A DNA stretch of 63,167 nt, filler included, from Folioceros fuciformis (taxonomy: Eukaryota), in the NCBI GenBank assembly GCA_049999805.1. It is 5 parts of 4 records of this genome, joined end to end, with 100 filler letters (N's around TTAATTAATTAA, not from the genome) between each part and the next. Parts side by side here need not be neighbours in the genome. Positions count along the whole stretch, not along the records: positions 32,149 to 55,534 come from JBNGIO010005873.1; 4 more parts are not named here. One strand, given 5' to 3'. The position numbers and the translations under genes were made by a program. Shown piece by piece: positions 39,590-51,395 of the stretch (position 1 is the first letter of the stretch; the number at the start of each line of letters is the position of its first letter). The notes under the pieces were generated by a model. That model worked only from the letters and a program-made list of their open reading frames with translations, searched no databases and was not told where the DNA came from.

Positions 39590-41084
39590 GGTGTCCGGCC
39601 GGCCGCTCACAAACAATGGAACGAAGTTGACTATAACAAACGTGCGGAGGAGAAGCCTCTCCGGGAATTCGATGCGGAGCACTTCGTCACGAAACCACGC
39701 TCCTGCTGCTGCGCATTGCTAGCGTTCGCACTTCAGGATCCGGTGAACTATAACGCAGCAAAGCTCGGAAATGAGACAGCGATGCTCATCCTCTCCGACG
39801 AGTTCGGGCTTTCATCTTCGCAAGCAGATGCCAAGTGGCCTGCTGCATGCGCCGGCGCCACCTCAGGGTTGCCTGCTGACGACACCTTTACTTCACGTTA
39901 AACTTTCCGCAACAAAAGGAAAGAGATGAGCGTGCTGGCAGTTCTCAGCTTCACAGAAAAGCTGATGTTACCGTTTATGCCCCTGAGAAAACACCTAGCA
40001 CCCCCCCTGCTCTTGCAGCTGTCCGCGGCTGTAGTGTCTCCCTGGCACATGTAATTGCCAGATGGTGAGCTTTGAATGAGAGGGAGGTTTGGAGGCGCAT
40101 GACTTTCATTTTCAAGATGACGAGTCATGAAGTACTGAGCAGGAACGCTGCCTTCCCTGGCCATAAAACTTCCTCACGAGTGTTTGTCTTTACACTTGCC
40201 AGGCAGGGATTCTCGCACAGATTGCACAGTTCTGGACTGCAAAGAATCATAACTAGTCTGAGAGCTGCAACTTTACGCCTTGCCTTCTTCGTAAGCTAGT
40301 AGACATGACATATTTCAGGCTTTGATGACCGAATCAAGTCTCTCATCTGGAGTAGGCCGTTGTACTGTGAGCTTCCATTGCAAGTATTGAGTTTCACATG
40401 TTCCAGAGGCTCAGGACTGAGCTCGGACTCCTGTCCTGCGCATATTTACTGTTTTGTTTCCTGTAACGACACGATGCACGCGTGCATACTATCAGCCTAA
40501 GCGCCGATCCTTGGCCACATACTCTCGTCCTAAGCGTCCATGGCCAGAGACCGGAGAAGGCATGCGCATGAAATAACTGCGGTAGATGTCACACTGCAGG
40601 TGGTCCTTCTGGAATCGCATAAGTATGGAGATACCCAAGAGGGTACCCTAGGCCTGTCCTGTGACACTCATAGGCTTGCGAGCCGAGGTTCTGGTTCCAA
40701 GGGTACCAAGTCCTACGCTGCCGAGGCAACCTCCAGAGTGAGTGCTCGACCTTCACCAGAAAGAACTTCGATTGCGCATGGATGGGATGCTGACCAATAC
40801 AATGGTCGTCTCCTGCATGCTAGCCAACCACAGAGTTAGCCGCTCGTGATCCCTCGTCACGAATCCGCGGAAAATGGGTAAAATTAGTTCAAATCCAAGT
40901 GTACTAAAGTTAAGTTGTAATTGTATTAACAGTAAGAGCATGGGAAGCTTAGTTCTATTAATTACAAAATATATATGAGTTGTGTAGCATCAAATGAGTA
41001 TGAAGTACATAAGAGCATGGAATGAAGTAAACTATAACATGGCAATGAATTGAAATAATTAGATTTTTTTATTTTAATAAAACT

Positions 41085-41213
41085 ATAAAATATATAAGGT
41101 AATGATCAATATAAAAATTTTAACGTAAAATATACAAGGTAATGATCAATATGAAAATATTAACGTAAAATATACAAGGTAATGATCAATATGAAAATAT
41201 TAACGTAAAATAT
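41085..41213. repeat. 40-bp AT-rich tandem repeat, about 3 copies
   Basis: Unit aacgtaaaatatacaaggtaatgatcaatatgaaaatatt. Confidence 0.9.
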
Positions 41214-41689
41214 AACAAGATAGATTATCAAAACAAGCCTCCTATGAAAATAGCCTCACATGAAGTATTGCATGGATACAAGCTAGACTCTTTGTTTATT
41301 ATTTTTATGAATATTTTAGTGTAAAATTACAAGGCAATGCATTGAAGTAAACCAAACTTACTTTTTTTAATGAAAATATCAACTTAAAATATAAGATTGC
41401 AAAAGATCGGAGTAAGCAAGACTCTTCTTCGCTAGATGCAAACACCATGTAGTATATATGTGGGGTGAATGGGCCATATGTTCCATCTTTCAGTCTTGTA
41501 CTTTTGATTATTTTGCTTGTGTCTGCTTTGTCTAGTATATTATGTTCCGCCCACGTTTGTTTCTTGCTTTCTTGCCTTCGAGTTAGCTTATAGTTTGAAT
41601 TGTAGAGTTTGTGAATGATCCCATATTGTGAGTGATTTTGTCTTTTCTATTGTTGACCCTTGGACATTGTGGTAGAATAGTGAGTCCAA

Positions 41690-42578
41690 ATGCAACCATG
41701 GGGAGGGTCAGAGATTGATTTGCAGCTTGTTGTCCTACCCGATTGGACACCATTTCTGTGTGATGGATACAGTAATCCATGCTATGGGAGCAAGAAGTAC
41801 ATTGGTGATGATCCTTTCACGAAGACCTTGGAAGATGTACTTCTTTCTCAAGCTCATTCTTTCTTTGGTTACGAAGACTTCTTGACATTGCCACTATCAG
41901 AAGTGATGCAAAGCTACATTCTTTTCGAAGGCCTTGAGGTACGCTAGTACGAAACCCACGTTTTGCATATTAATGTTTGATTCATCATTGTTACAAATTA
42001 GATCTAGAATACTACTGAGCTAGATGTCTTTGGAGCTTGTCCAGGAATTCAAAACATTGCAGGTATCAATACCTATCTTGGAGGAGGAGACAGAGCAAGA
42101 TGGCATAGTTGTTAAACTTGAGGCTCTTATGCAATGTGATTTCCTCGTAGTTGGAAAGGAGTCTGGGAAGCGCAGAAGTAGAGAGCACTACTATCATGTG
42201 ACGACGCATGCTACAAGGGGGAATAAAGAGGCTCAAATATGGGAGCCTTTTGCCTATGACAAGAGATCAAATGGCCGTTCTGGATGCCACCATTATCTTG
42301 GAAGCTATACTACAGATTTGAAGGCTGCGCAAGCTGCAGACAAGATGTGTATCAAGATGTATTTGGAAGGGTACACACCTTTGGTTCACCCCAGGACTAG
42401 GAGGAGCTCCAAGATTAAGCTCAACTTTTCTCCTTGGGATTATCTGGAATACATGAAAAGTCCAGATGTGATCGCAATCACGGATTTTCAAGAGTTTGCC
42501 AAGTATTTGAGAACACATGAATCTGATTATGTCAGTGTTTCTAGGACTCAGTTGAAGAGGAAGAGGCATCACCGATGA
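41690..42578 (+). CDS. Divergent single AP2-domain protein
   Basis: Frame-consistent model: exons 41690-41938, 42008-42062 and 42151-42578. Domain HYYHVTTH..GNKEAQIWE...YLGSY...AAQAAD...KLNFS..DY...EFAKYLR. Confidence 0.65.
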
Positions 42579-44176
42579 TCATCACGTAAGCTTTGTTTGT
42601 GCTGCAAGCATTTGGATTAGCTTGAAGTATTATGTATGTAGGGGTTGTTCATCAATCAATACTCAACCTGATCTTGCAGCGTATCCCAGGAGAAGAGCAA
42701 CCAGAACGAGAAGGGGAAGGAGAGCGAGGAGCGTGAATTGAGATAGGACGTACATGATATCAGTAAATTACTCGAAACAGACTTTTTTATTAACTGGATA
42801 GAGGATTTTTATGTAGTATGGGTAATTGTTTATAATGCTTACCCATTGACGCTCTGTATGGGTAGCATTTTTTAAAGTAGTTGAGCAGTTCTTCCATTCC
42901 CATCTCTATCGAAGAAGAGCTTACTAAGATGTCTCCTCTCGACAATAGTGGCCGGGGAAGGATGTATCTCCCTCTGTCTTGCAAATGAAAGGTGGTCGAC
43001 CACACAACGATGAACGTCAGCTAACCAGTTTGGCCACCGTACGAGGCTCTTGGGGCTCGGCGGGGTGTGCGGCGACGGACAAAGGAACCACCCGCTTGTG
43101 GCAAATGGCCCTCGGCTTACCACCACCTTGCACACTTTTGGTCAATGAAACACAAGGAGGATGGACAAATCAGATCATATCCTCCGCATTGTCTTGCTGA
43201 AGAGTCACGCCCGGCCATTCGCTCACAATTTTGCCCCTCCTGCCGTCGACCACATGAGGACTCAGAAATAGTTGTAAATTCCAGACTGAGTGAAGGTGAC
43301 CTTGTACGAGTCACGGCCAGGTGAATGTAATCGCTTAACACTTCACCAGGATCATGTCCCTCTTTTGGACATCCATCTGCATCGAAGAATACGCTCCGGA
43401 GGAAGCCCCATTGACTGACGACACACGCTCACCACCAGAAACCTGCGCCAGATCAGGCACAGACTTGAGCTTGCCATTGTCAGCTCCCATCTCCACGATG
43501 GTGGAGGCACTCCTTGTTCCAGCCAGCACCACCGTGGAGGCAAAGAAGCCATAGCCACGTTGCCCACTGAGGATAACAAAGCGCTCTTTCACTGAACCGA
43601 GCACGGGGAAGTTGATGCTTCACGGGAGCAAAAGTCGGGCCGGCGGGAGAAGATTTCCTCCGCCACGTATGTTTCAAGGGAGCCCACACTTCCGTCGGAG
43701 CCGAGTCGGAAGTCATGGTAGGAGATGAGAGGAGAACGGAATCTGTACCCGCAACACAGACCAAACGAAGTGGGAGAAGAGCCATAGCACTTTCACAATC
43801 TTAGGGTTACTGACCAGCAAATACCCGCACCAACACCGAATTAGAAGGAGTGCAACGGAGTTTTCACAATTTTCCCTACCTCACTTTTGAACCATTCAAA
43901 CTCCGAAAGGCAGGCAAGAAGGATTACAAACTCCACAGTTCAGGCAAACGGAGGCTCAAGCGCATTCACGAAAGCTTTGAATGGTACGATTACAGACAGA
44001 AGTCAGCATCGAACTCCAGAAGCACTCACTCAGGAGGAGGGGAGGAAGAGAGCAAAATGAATCAGAAAGGGAAGCAACATCGTATTGCATCCGCCATCCT
44101 TAGATGTGAGGAAAATAATTTACAGATACAAGATGCGCATCCTGATTGCTACAAAACACTAGAAGAATGAGCAGAT

Positions 44177-44689
44177 CTAACTGACGATGACCTTCCCAAC
44201 CATGCCGGCTCCTTGGTGTGGTTCGCAGTAAAAGTTGTACTCTCCGGGTTGAGAGAAACTGACGCTGTGTTTCTCACCAGGTCCATTGAGGTAGTCAGGG
44301 GTGGAAATGGCGTCAACGTCAGTGCCTGGGGGGCACTCATCCTCATCAAAGACAACATTGTGAGGGAAGGCCTTGTTGTTGACGAACTCGACAACTTCGC
44401 CGACAGTAACATTGACGGTGCTTGGGATGAAGGCCAGGGCGCCACTGTCGGATCCCATCTTCACAGTGACGGCTTCGGCAGAGCCGGTGAGGAGCAGGGT
44501 AGCGGCCACTCCGGCCAAGGCAACGTTGCGGACCTTGGAGACGACAGACTCCAAGGAGGCGCGCACTGCCACTGGCCTGGCTGACACCGGAGCCATCGCT
44601 ACGCGGGAGCAGGAGCTCACGACGGCTTGCTCGGCCCTGAGGCCGCAGAAGGACGGCACGGCCACGGAGGTAGCGGTCATGGACGCCAT
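44177..44689 (-). CDS. PETE: Plastocyanin precursor, intronless
   Basis: Bipartite transit peptide ending AEA; mature protein starts VTVKMGSDSGAL. Copper ligands in PHNVVF and YCEPHQGAGM. Confidence 0.97.
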   Translation of the reverse strand: MASMTATSVAVPSFCGLRAEQAVVSSCSRVAMAPVSARPVAVRASLESVVSKVRNVALAGVAATLLLTGSAEAVTVKMGSDSGALAFIPSTVNVTVGEVVEFVNNKAFPHNVVFDEDECPPGTDVDAISTPDYLNGPGEKHSVSFSQPGEYNFYCEPHQGAGMVGKVIVS

Positions 44690-44799
44690 CGCTCGGCACT
44701 CTCGCTTGCTAGAGCGTGAAGGGGCTCGAGGTGTGTGATGCTTTAGCTCAGCTGCTTCGCCTGTACATGTAAATAAAGAGCGGGGGTGGCGAAGATTAC

Positions 44800-44888
44800 A
44801 CCCATTATCCATCCTCAGGCGGAACAGCCTCACCGTCGACTCCCTCGACTACCTCATTGGCCGACGCCAGATGCTCACGTGACGTGGC
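44800..44888 (-). promoter_or_regulatory. Candidate light-responsive elements upstream of PETE
   Basis: Overlapping ACGT/G-box cores (minus strand GCCACGTCACGTGAG, ~44874-44888), a CCAAT box and a GGATAA motif, 110-200 bp upstream of the ATG. Confidence 0.5.
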
Positions 44889-45029
44889 GGACTGCGAGCC
44901 TGTAGTCAAGGATTGCCCGCTCTAGTGGCTACCGTGCTAATAAGGAAGCAACCAGTCTCAGAGGGGAAAAGAATTTCTGCCAGATGTTGATTTATGGACT
45001 CCGACAGACACGCCCGGATCGCCCGGTCA

Positions 45030-47073
45030 CTATTTCCTGCTGGAAGCCTTCCGACTTTTGGCCTGTTTCGGCGGCTGACTGAAGGTCACAACAGGGCCAG
45101 CAACTTTGGATGGGTCTAGGTGACTCGTGTCAGGTATGTCCAACGCCTTCTTCAACTGAGGGTTCCTCAGTACTGAAAACAAAAAGAAATGAGGTGAGGA
45201 AGGGGAGTGTTATCAGGTATTGCAAATGTGCACGACGAGTGGGCTCCAGACTTACACGTGGTTTGAGCCATAGAGAAGACGTTCGCAGTGAGCCAGTAGA
45301 AGAAGAGTGCCTGCAGTATTGTGGATGAGGACAGGTTCATTTGTTTGGTCAAAGTGTGACGAAGGTGAGGATGTTACCTTCGGAAACGATGCTGTCAGCG
45401 GGATCATGGCAACAGCTAGGCCTCGCAGGAACATTTTCATCTTTTTCATGATTGGCTGACCTTCCATTCCTTCCGCTGCTCCGATCTGGAGACAGGAAAA
45501 TAGAAGTTAATGTTAGAATGGACTTTTGGATCTTTGGTCTGTGAACTTTTGGTACATATCAGAGGCTGATCCAGACCTCCACGGCTATGAAGAAGAGCGC
45601 GCCGGAGAGCATAGGCAGAACGTAGTAGGGATCGGGCGTTGAGAGGTCGGTGAACCAAAGAGCACCCCCTTCTTTGAAAGACTCAACCTTTTCTGCCATG
45701 TTCCTGATCTGCAAAATGGTGGCCGTTAGTTGACATGCTATATTGGGAACAACCAATCATAGGGAGATGGAAATACGTACAGCAAAGAAGAAGCACATAA
45801 AAATTGGGGCTTGAACCAAAGCCCCAAGAACAGGGGTAAATGGGCTGGTTTTGTGCCTGCCAAGATGCATAGCCGATGTGGGTCAAAAAGATAAGCCCAA
45901 AGCACCACCAAAAGCAGAAAACAAACCGGCGCATGGGTAGGAGCTCAGCTACAGTTACTTTTTGAGAAGGGCATTCATGTGTACTTTGTTCTCAGCAACA
46001 ACCTGGGGATCATAGTTCTGAGCGCCGAGACAACAGTAAGGAAGTCAGTGGCATGAGCAAGAAAGGTGCCCGCCTTTGAGAAAAGAGCTAGCTGAAGCAG
46101 AATGCACTTACAGAAGCTTTGATGAGATTGGAAAGTCGCTCCAAGTCTGGCCTCAGCATCTGCAAAGAGGTGCGAGGGGCCATGAAAATCGATGCAATAC
46201 TACTGCGACCCAAAGGTCCTGAAACACCTGGATGAAGGGAAGGCAATATTTCTTGGTCAACTCACTGACCGTCAATCTTGCCGTAGCCTTTATCTGATAG
46301 ACCATGATTGGGAACACCAACGTCCGAATTACGACAGTGACAGCAGCTATCGAAGCCCACCTGACAAGCAACAGTCCAAGAACCTGTCGATCCCCCCATC
46401 CATCCCCAAGAAGGAAAAAAAAACATTAACAGCAAGAGCTCCCAGCCACCTACGGCGCTTACCAAGGAAGACCCGACTGTAAATGCACGGACTCGATCAA
46501 ATACTGCAACGCCGCCGTGGGAAGCGAACAATCCGCGGCCGCTGCTGCCACCTCTCCAACAACGGAGGACGTAGCAACATCGGAATTGACCGCCAAATCC
46601 CTAGCAGCATCAGAAATGGCAGCCACATCTGTCGCACTTTCCTCCTCCCTGAATACTAACCCATCCCCACTCACGCTCCCAGAGCTCGCAAACCTCACAG
46701 TCCACGCACTACACCCGTATCCTGTCCCCAAACCCAACCCCTGCAAAGCGACCGCAGATCCCCATCCACCAGACCCTCTCAGTCTGCCACCAGCAGCCTT
46801 CAGGCTGGTCCCAGAGCACGCCCTAGAATCATTATCCCATGCAAAACTCGAGCCGTTGGGCATGCAATTCACAGGCCCATGTCCGGCGGAAGTGGACTCT
46901 CTGCTTTCATCGTTACTGCATCCCCCGGTCCATGTCCTCAACCCTGCACCTGCAATAGCAAAATTCTCTCTTTCTCTGCCGGGCCCCACGTCAGGGGCAC
47001 GCCGGACCGGAGCTCCATCCAGATACGATTTCAGAAGGCGAAAGACATTGCTGCTGCCGGATCGCCTCCACAT
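45030..47073 (-). CDS. OXA1: Mitochondrial inner-membrane insertase OXA1 (YidC/Oxa1/Alb3 family), multi-exon
   Basis: Arg/Ser-rich presequence, then ALQYLIESVHLQSGLPW/WASIAAVTVVIRTLVFP, IRNMAEKVESFKEGGALWFTDLSTPDPYYVLP and FYWLTANVFS. Confidence 0.9.
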
Positions 47074-47408
47074 CGCTCGCCCACTTGATTCCAAAGCTCA
47101 GATTTGGATGCAGACGGTGAAGCTCGCATCAGTTTACCCTTGCCATCAAACATCAAACAAGGCCTGTGATGCTTGTTTTCCCAAAACCTAAACTCGTGAT
47201 TGCTAGGGCTGCTAGTCTACTTGTACGTAGCCTACTGTAGGCCAGGCTTGAGCTCCGTGATTCCATTTCAACCCAGCCCGTGATTCGGAGAGACGAACTC
47301 TGACCTGACTGAAAGGCAACTGGGGAAGGATAGTCGTCTTGCGTGCTCGAAGCTCGCCTGAAGAGATGTGATCACAGCTACAGCAGGATCGCCCAGAACC
47401 AGGACATT

Positions 47409-49143
47409 ATGGCAATGGCTGTGGCCGGGTTGGGGGCAACGCCTCTTGTGACCGAGGCTTCGCCCGGTTCGAGTTGTCAGAGCAAGGTTCCCTTGCTGCT
47501 CCGAGTGGCCAGGGGAGAAGGTGAGGGGTGTGGGTGAGATTCAGAAATGTCGGGAGTGAGGGGCTCGGGCTGGATGGATAACGAACAGCGAAGTGTGCAT
47601 TCGATTTTGCAGATGCGGAGAGGACACCCGTGTGGCTTATGCGGCAAGCTGGGCGATACATGGCAGATTTCCGCAAGTAGGAGAGCGTTTTTCAGTCGGT
47701 GCTGGGTGCAGTGTTGTGTTGGGCTTGTACAAGCGGAGGGCCTGAGGTTGGCCTTTTTGCTTGTTCAGGTTCAGTGACAAGTATCCCTTTCGGCAGAGAT
47801 CGGAGACGGCAGACATTGCAATTGAGCTCTCTCTGCAGCCGTGGCGGTCCTTCCAGCCTGATGGAGTCATCTTGTTCTCTGATATTCTCACGCCTTTGCC
47901 GGCCCTGGGCATTGAGTTTGACATGGTGAAAGGGAAAGGACCTGTCATTGCGTCTCCCGTGCGCACAATGGAAGATGTGGCGTCTCTGAGGTAGCTCTTT
48001 CGGATTCGGAGACGCGGAATTGTGGAACAGAAGCGCCTGAGTGTTGGGAAAGTGAAGGCTTTGGTGTGTTTGGCAGGTCGTTGGATGATCCAGACAACGC
48101 GTTGCCGTTTATCAGGGAGATCCTGTCTTCGCTGAGGAGGGAAGTGAATGGTGAGGCGGCAGTTCTTGGGTTTGTCGGAACTCCGTGGACTCTGGCAGCC
48201 TATGCTATGGAAGGCTCTGCAGACAAGAGTTTGGTGAAGACCAAGGGAATCATGCAGCATCGTAGATTCTCTTACTCTCTGAGATCAGTGCTTTGCCAAG
48301 TGATTGTGGAGTATATCCCATCATTCTGCTGTGATGATGTCCCTTGTGCTTTTCTACTAATATGCGTCGGCGTGTGTTTCAGAACCAGAGATTTTGCACA
48401 AGTTCTTGCGACATCTCACAGATGCTTTGTTCACGTATGTTTGCTATCAGATTGATTCCGGCGCTCAGGTATCTCTCTGGAAACGATGTTCCTTTCTCCA
48501 TCACTAGCTCGATCTTCGCGCTCCTTGCTTTCGTCCTATGACTTTTGCACCTACCGGCAGATTATCCAACTGTTCGATTCCTGGGCACATCATCTGTCGC
48601 CCAGACAATTTGCTGAGTTCAGTCTACCGTATGCCGAGGAGCTTATGACCAGGGTGAAGCTGGCTTACCCAAACACGCCGCTCATCTTCCATGCCAACGG
48701 TGGAACTGGGAAGTTGCACTTGCTTGCGGACGGTACGAGGGCGGATGTGGTGGGCTTGGACTGGGGCACCGACATGCAACGGGCTCGAGCATGCTTGGGA
48801 GACGAGACTGTCTTGCAGGTCTGTATCCGATTCCCTTCGCTTAGCCGTCTCCCAAGTTCCCTTCGAGAATTAAGGTCGTCCCATGTAATCCGTCCAGGGA
48901 AATGTAGATCCCATGGTCCTTTTTGGGCCGGAGCAAGCAATCTCGGAAGCGGTGACCCAGTGCATCGCTGACGCTGGCGGGAGACGACACATACTCAACG
49001 TTGGCCATGGAGTGATTCAAGGTACACCAGAGTCAGCCGTTGCTCTGTTCTGTCACTTGGCTAGGAAAAGCACGGGCAGCAAAAGAGAAGTTTCTCCTCT
49101 CACAGCTCATTCAAGACCTGAGGAAGAGCGGGTACCTGCATAA
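47409..49143 (+). CDS. HEME: Uroporphyrinogen decarboxylase, multi-exon
   Basis: [65 protein letters not shown] and HILNVGHG. Confidence 0.95.
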
Positions 49144-49235
49144 CATAACAGACTTTCTTTCCACAACCCATCTTTACCATCGTCCCAGTTGAAGCAACAG
49201 TGGAATTCCAAACATCAGTTCTGATTCGAGTTCTC

Positions 49236-51395
49236 TCAGAACTCTGCCAAGCTGAGGACCTTGTAAGTGACCCCGCTGTCTAAGACCTGCACTCCCTCGG
49301 CGTACTGAATGCACCTGGGAGTCTTGTACTGCTGGGGAGCAGCACCTCGGCTCATTGCCAGGTACATGAGGCGCTCAAAGGTGCCTTGTTTCACGACCCT
49401 AAGCTCCAATGGGCCTATAATACCCAATCTCCTGTTGTCCATGTAAATCTCGTTGGGCAGGGACTTGTCTAGCAAGGAAGCGCATTCCTGAAGGAGGGAA
49501 GGATCCAGAGGTTCATCGCTGTCAGTGAGCTCCAAGAAGAGGACGTAGTGACCTGGATGAGACGCGACGTCCGCCAAGCTACTGAAATCCACGATGTCCA
49601 CCTTGTGAGCCAGAAAGAGCCCTGCCGCCTTGCTCACAGCTGCCTGGAGATCCGACTCGTCCGTCTTGTCATTGTGGATGCTCAGCAAGACGTTCTTCCT
49701 GCGCACGAACTGCACTTCAGGAGTAGCATTGTAGAAGCCTGCTACCTTCACCACGTCTCCCAGCCTGTAGCGGTACAGTCCTGCGGATAGACGCAAGAAC
49801 AGAAAAAGCTCATGCTTTAATCCTTCATCCAAACACTAGATGGGCGAGGGGGCCAACAGTCCGATGAGAGAGCTTGCCATGATTGGTAGTCACGACCGGC
49901 TCGTACTCCTCGCCCACAACTGCATCTGCTAATTCCACGGTTTCTGCATCGGGCTTGGTGGAATCTCCATTCTTCAGAGGTAGGAGTTCGAAATACTGAC
50001 GATCTGGCCACAACACGTAGCGCGTCTCTCGCGCCGGACAAAGTGGTGAGAGATTCAACCCAAGAACCATGCTCTCAGCGGACGCGTACCCTGGAGATGC
50101 GCAGGGCACGTTGCCTCCGAAGAATTGCAAGGCCGGCACATACTGCAGCATAGAGCCGGTGGGAACCGCGCTGATGAGCACTACGTTTGGCCAAAGCCGG
50201 GGCACAATGCCCGCCCATGATCCCTTGCCGCACTCCTTCTCCACTGCCAGGGCCAGGTCAGGCCTAGGCTGGTGGAGGAGCTCGGATACAGCTTGACGGA
50301 GCTCCGGGTCTGTGATCCTGGAACTCACCGTGCTGGTGCGGATGTCCTCACAGATCTCCTTCCAACAACTCTGAAGAATGCGCACCGCGGCTACGATGGT
50401 TGAAGCGAAGATAGCGGTTAGCCTGGTGATTTCTCCAGCCTGGTACAGTCCGCACAGGAGATGGGAGTACATGGCCTGAAGGAAGCCCTTGTCAGCAACT
50501 GGAACTGGTGCCATACGCATGCCACCCAGCATGCGTTTCATCAGCAACAGCACGTATGACCAAACCTGATGGTAGTCTTCACACAGAATGGCTGCATCTG
50601 GGCTGGCCAACACGTTGCTGGGATCAAAAGGCCGCTTGCGGAAAGCATCACTCTTGAAGAAGTTGGTGGATCCATGGCCGGCGATCAAGCCACTGGGAGT
50701 CCGGATCTGCTGCCCGACAAAGGCGAAAGTAAGGTTCTTTCCTTTCTCGATGCCTGGGAAGTTCCTGCAGAGGTCATCAGCCACATAAGGTTCATGAACA
50801 TCCATCAGACTCAGAATCCCGAACGACCTTGCAACAGCACAACATGGTTACTCACTTCTGCAAAGTGGATGCCGCAAGCTGAGTGAGGAAGGGGTAGTTG
50901 TCAGCTCTCCTAGCAGTGATGGGCAGTAGCTTAGGTTTCCCTCCAGAAGTACCTGAGCTGCAACACACGATCAAGGACCATCCTTCCTATGAGAGGCTGT
51001 GCAATCCTAATGCAACCTGCTGAACGTGTACAACCCTTGAAACTGGACCACCTCTGAATGAAGGCAGTAACAGGATCAACAGAGTAGAAGTTTGTTATCT
51101 CGCCATTGGCCATGCGGTTGATGTTTTCTTGCATGTCCTCGTAGCAAGATATGGGCACCTTCCTCTTGAAGCTCTCCAAGTCTGTGTCTCCATCCACACC
51201 CAGGCTGGACAGGTACTGGCAAGAGGCATTGTGCCTTAAAATTTCTTTCAACTTCTCCATCTGAACGTTCTGGACATCTGTGGTAACCTTTCTGGCGTAC
51301 GCGGCATACTTGTCTTCCTCCAACTGCTCTGCGACAACCAGCTCAGCTTCCAAGCGCTGTGCCAGGCCATTCACCTCTGTCGAGACGGTCACCAT
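49236..51395 (-). CDS. GH3: GH3-family acyl acid-amido synthetase, multi-exon
   Basis: LKEILRHNASCQYL, FKRKVPISCYED, SSGTSGGKPKLLP, YASAE, GLYRYRLGDVVKV, PGHYVLFLEL, IGPLELRVVKQGTF and QYKTPRC. Confidence 0.94.

Noticed and set aside
42790-43785. Minus-strand ORFs between the AP2-like gene and PETE
   Set aside because: Fragmentary frames with no identifiable homology.
44213-44738. Antisense ORFs over plastocyanin (likewise over NTR, OXA1 and GH3)
   Set aside because: Shadow frames of GC-rich coding sequence.
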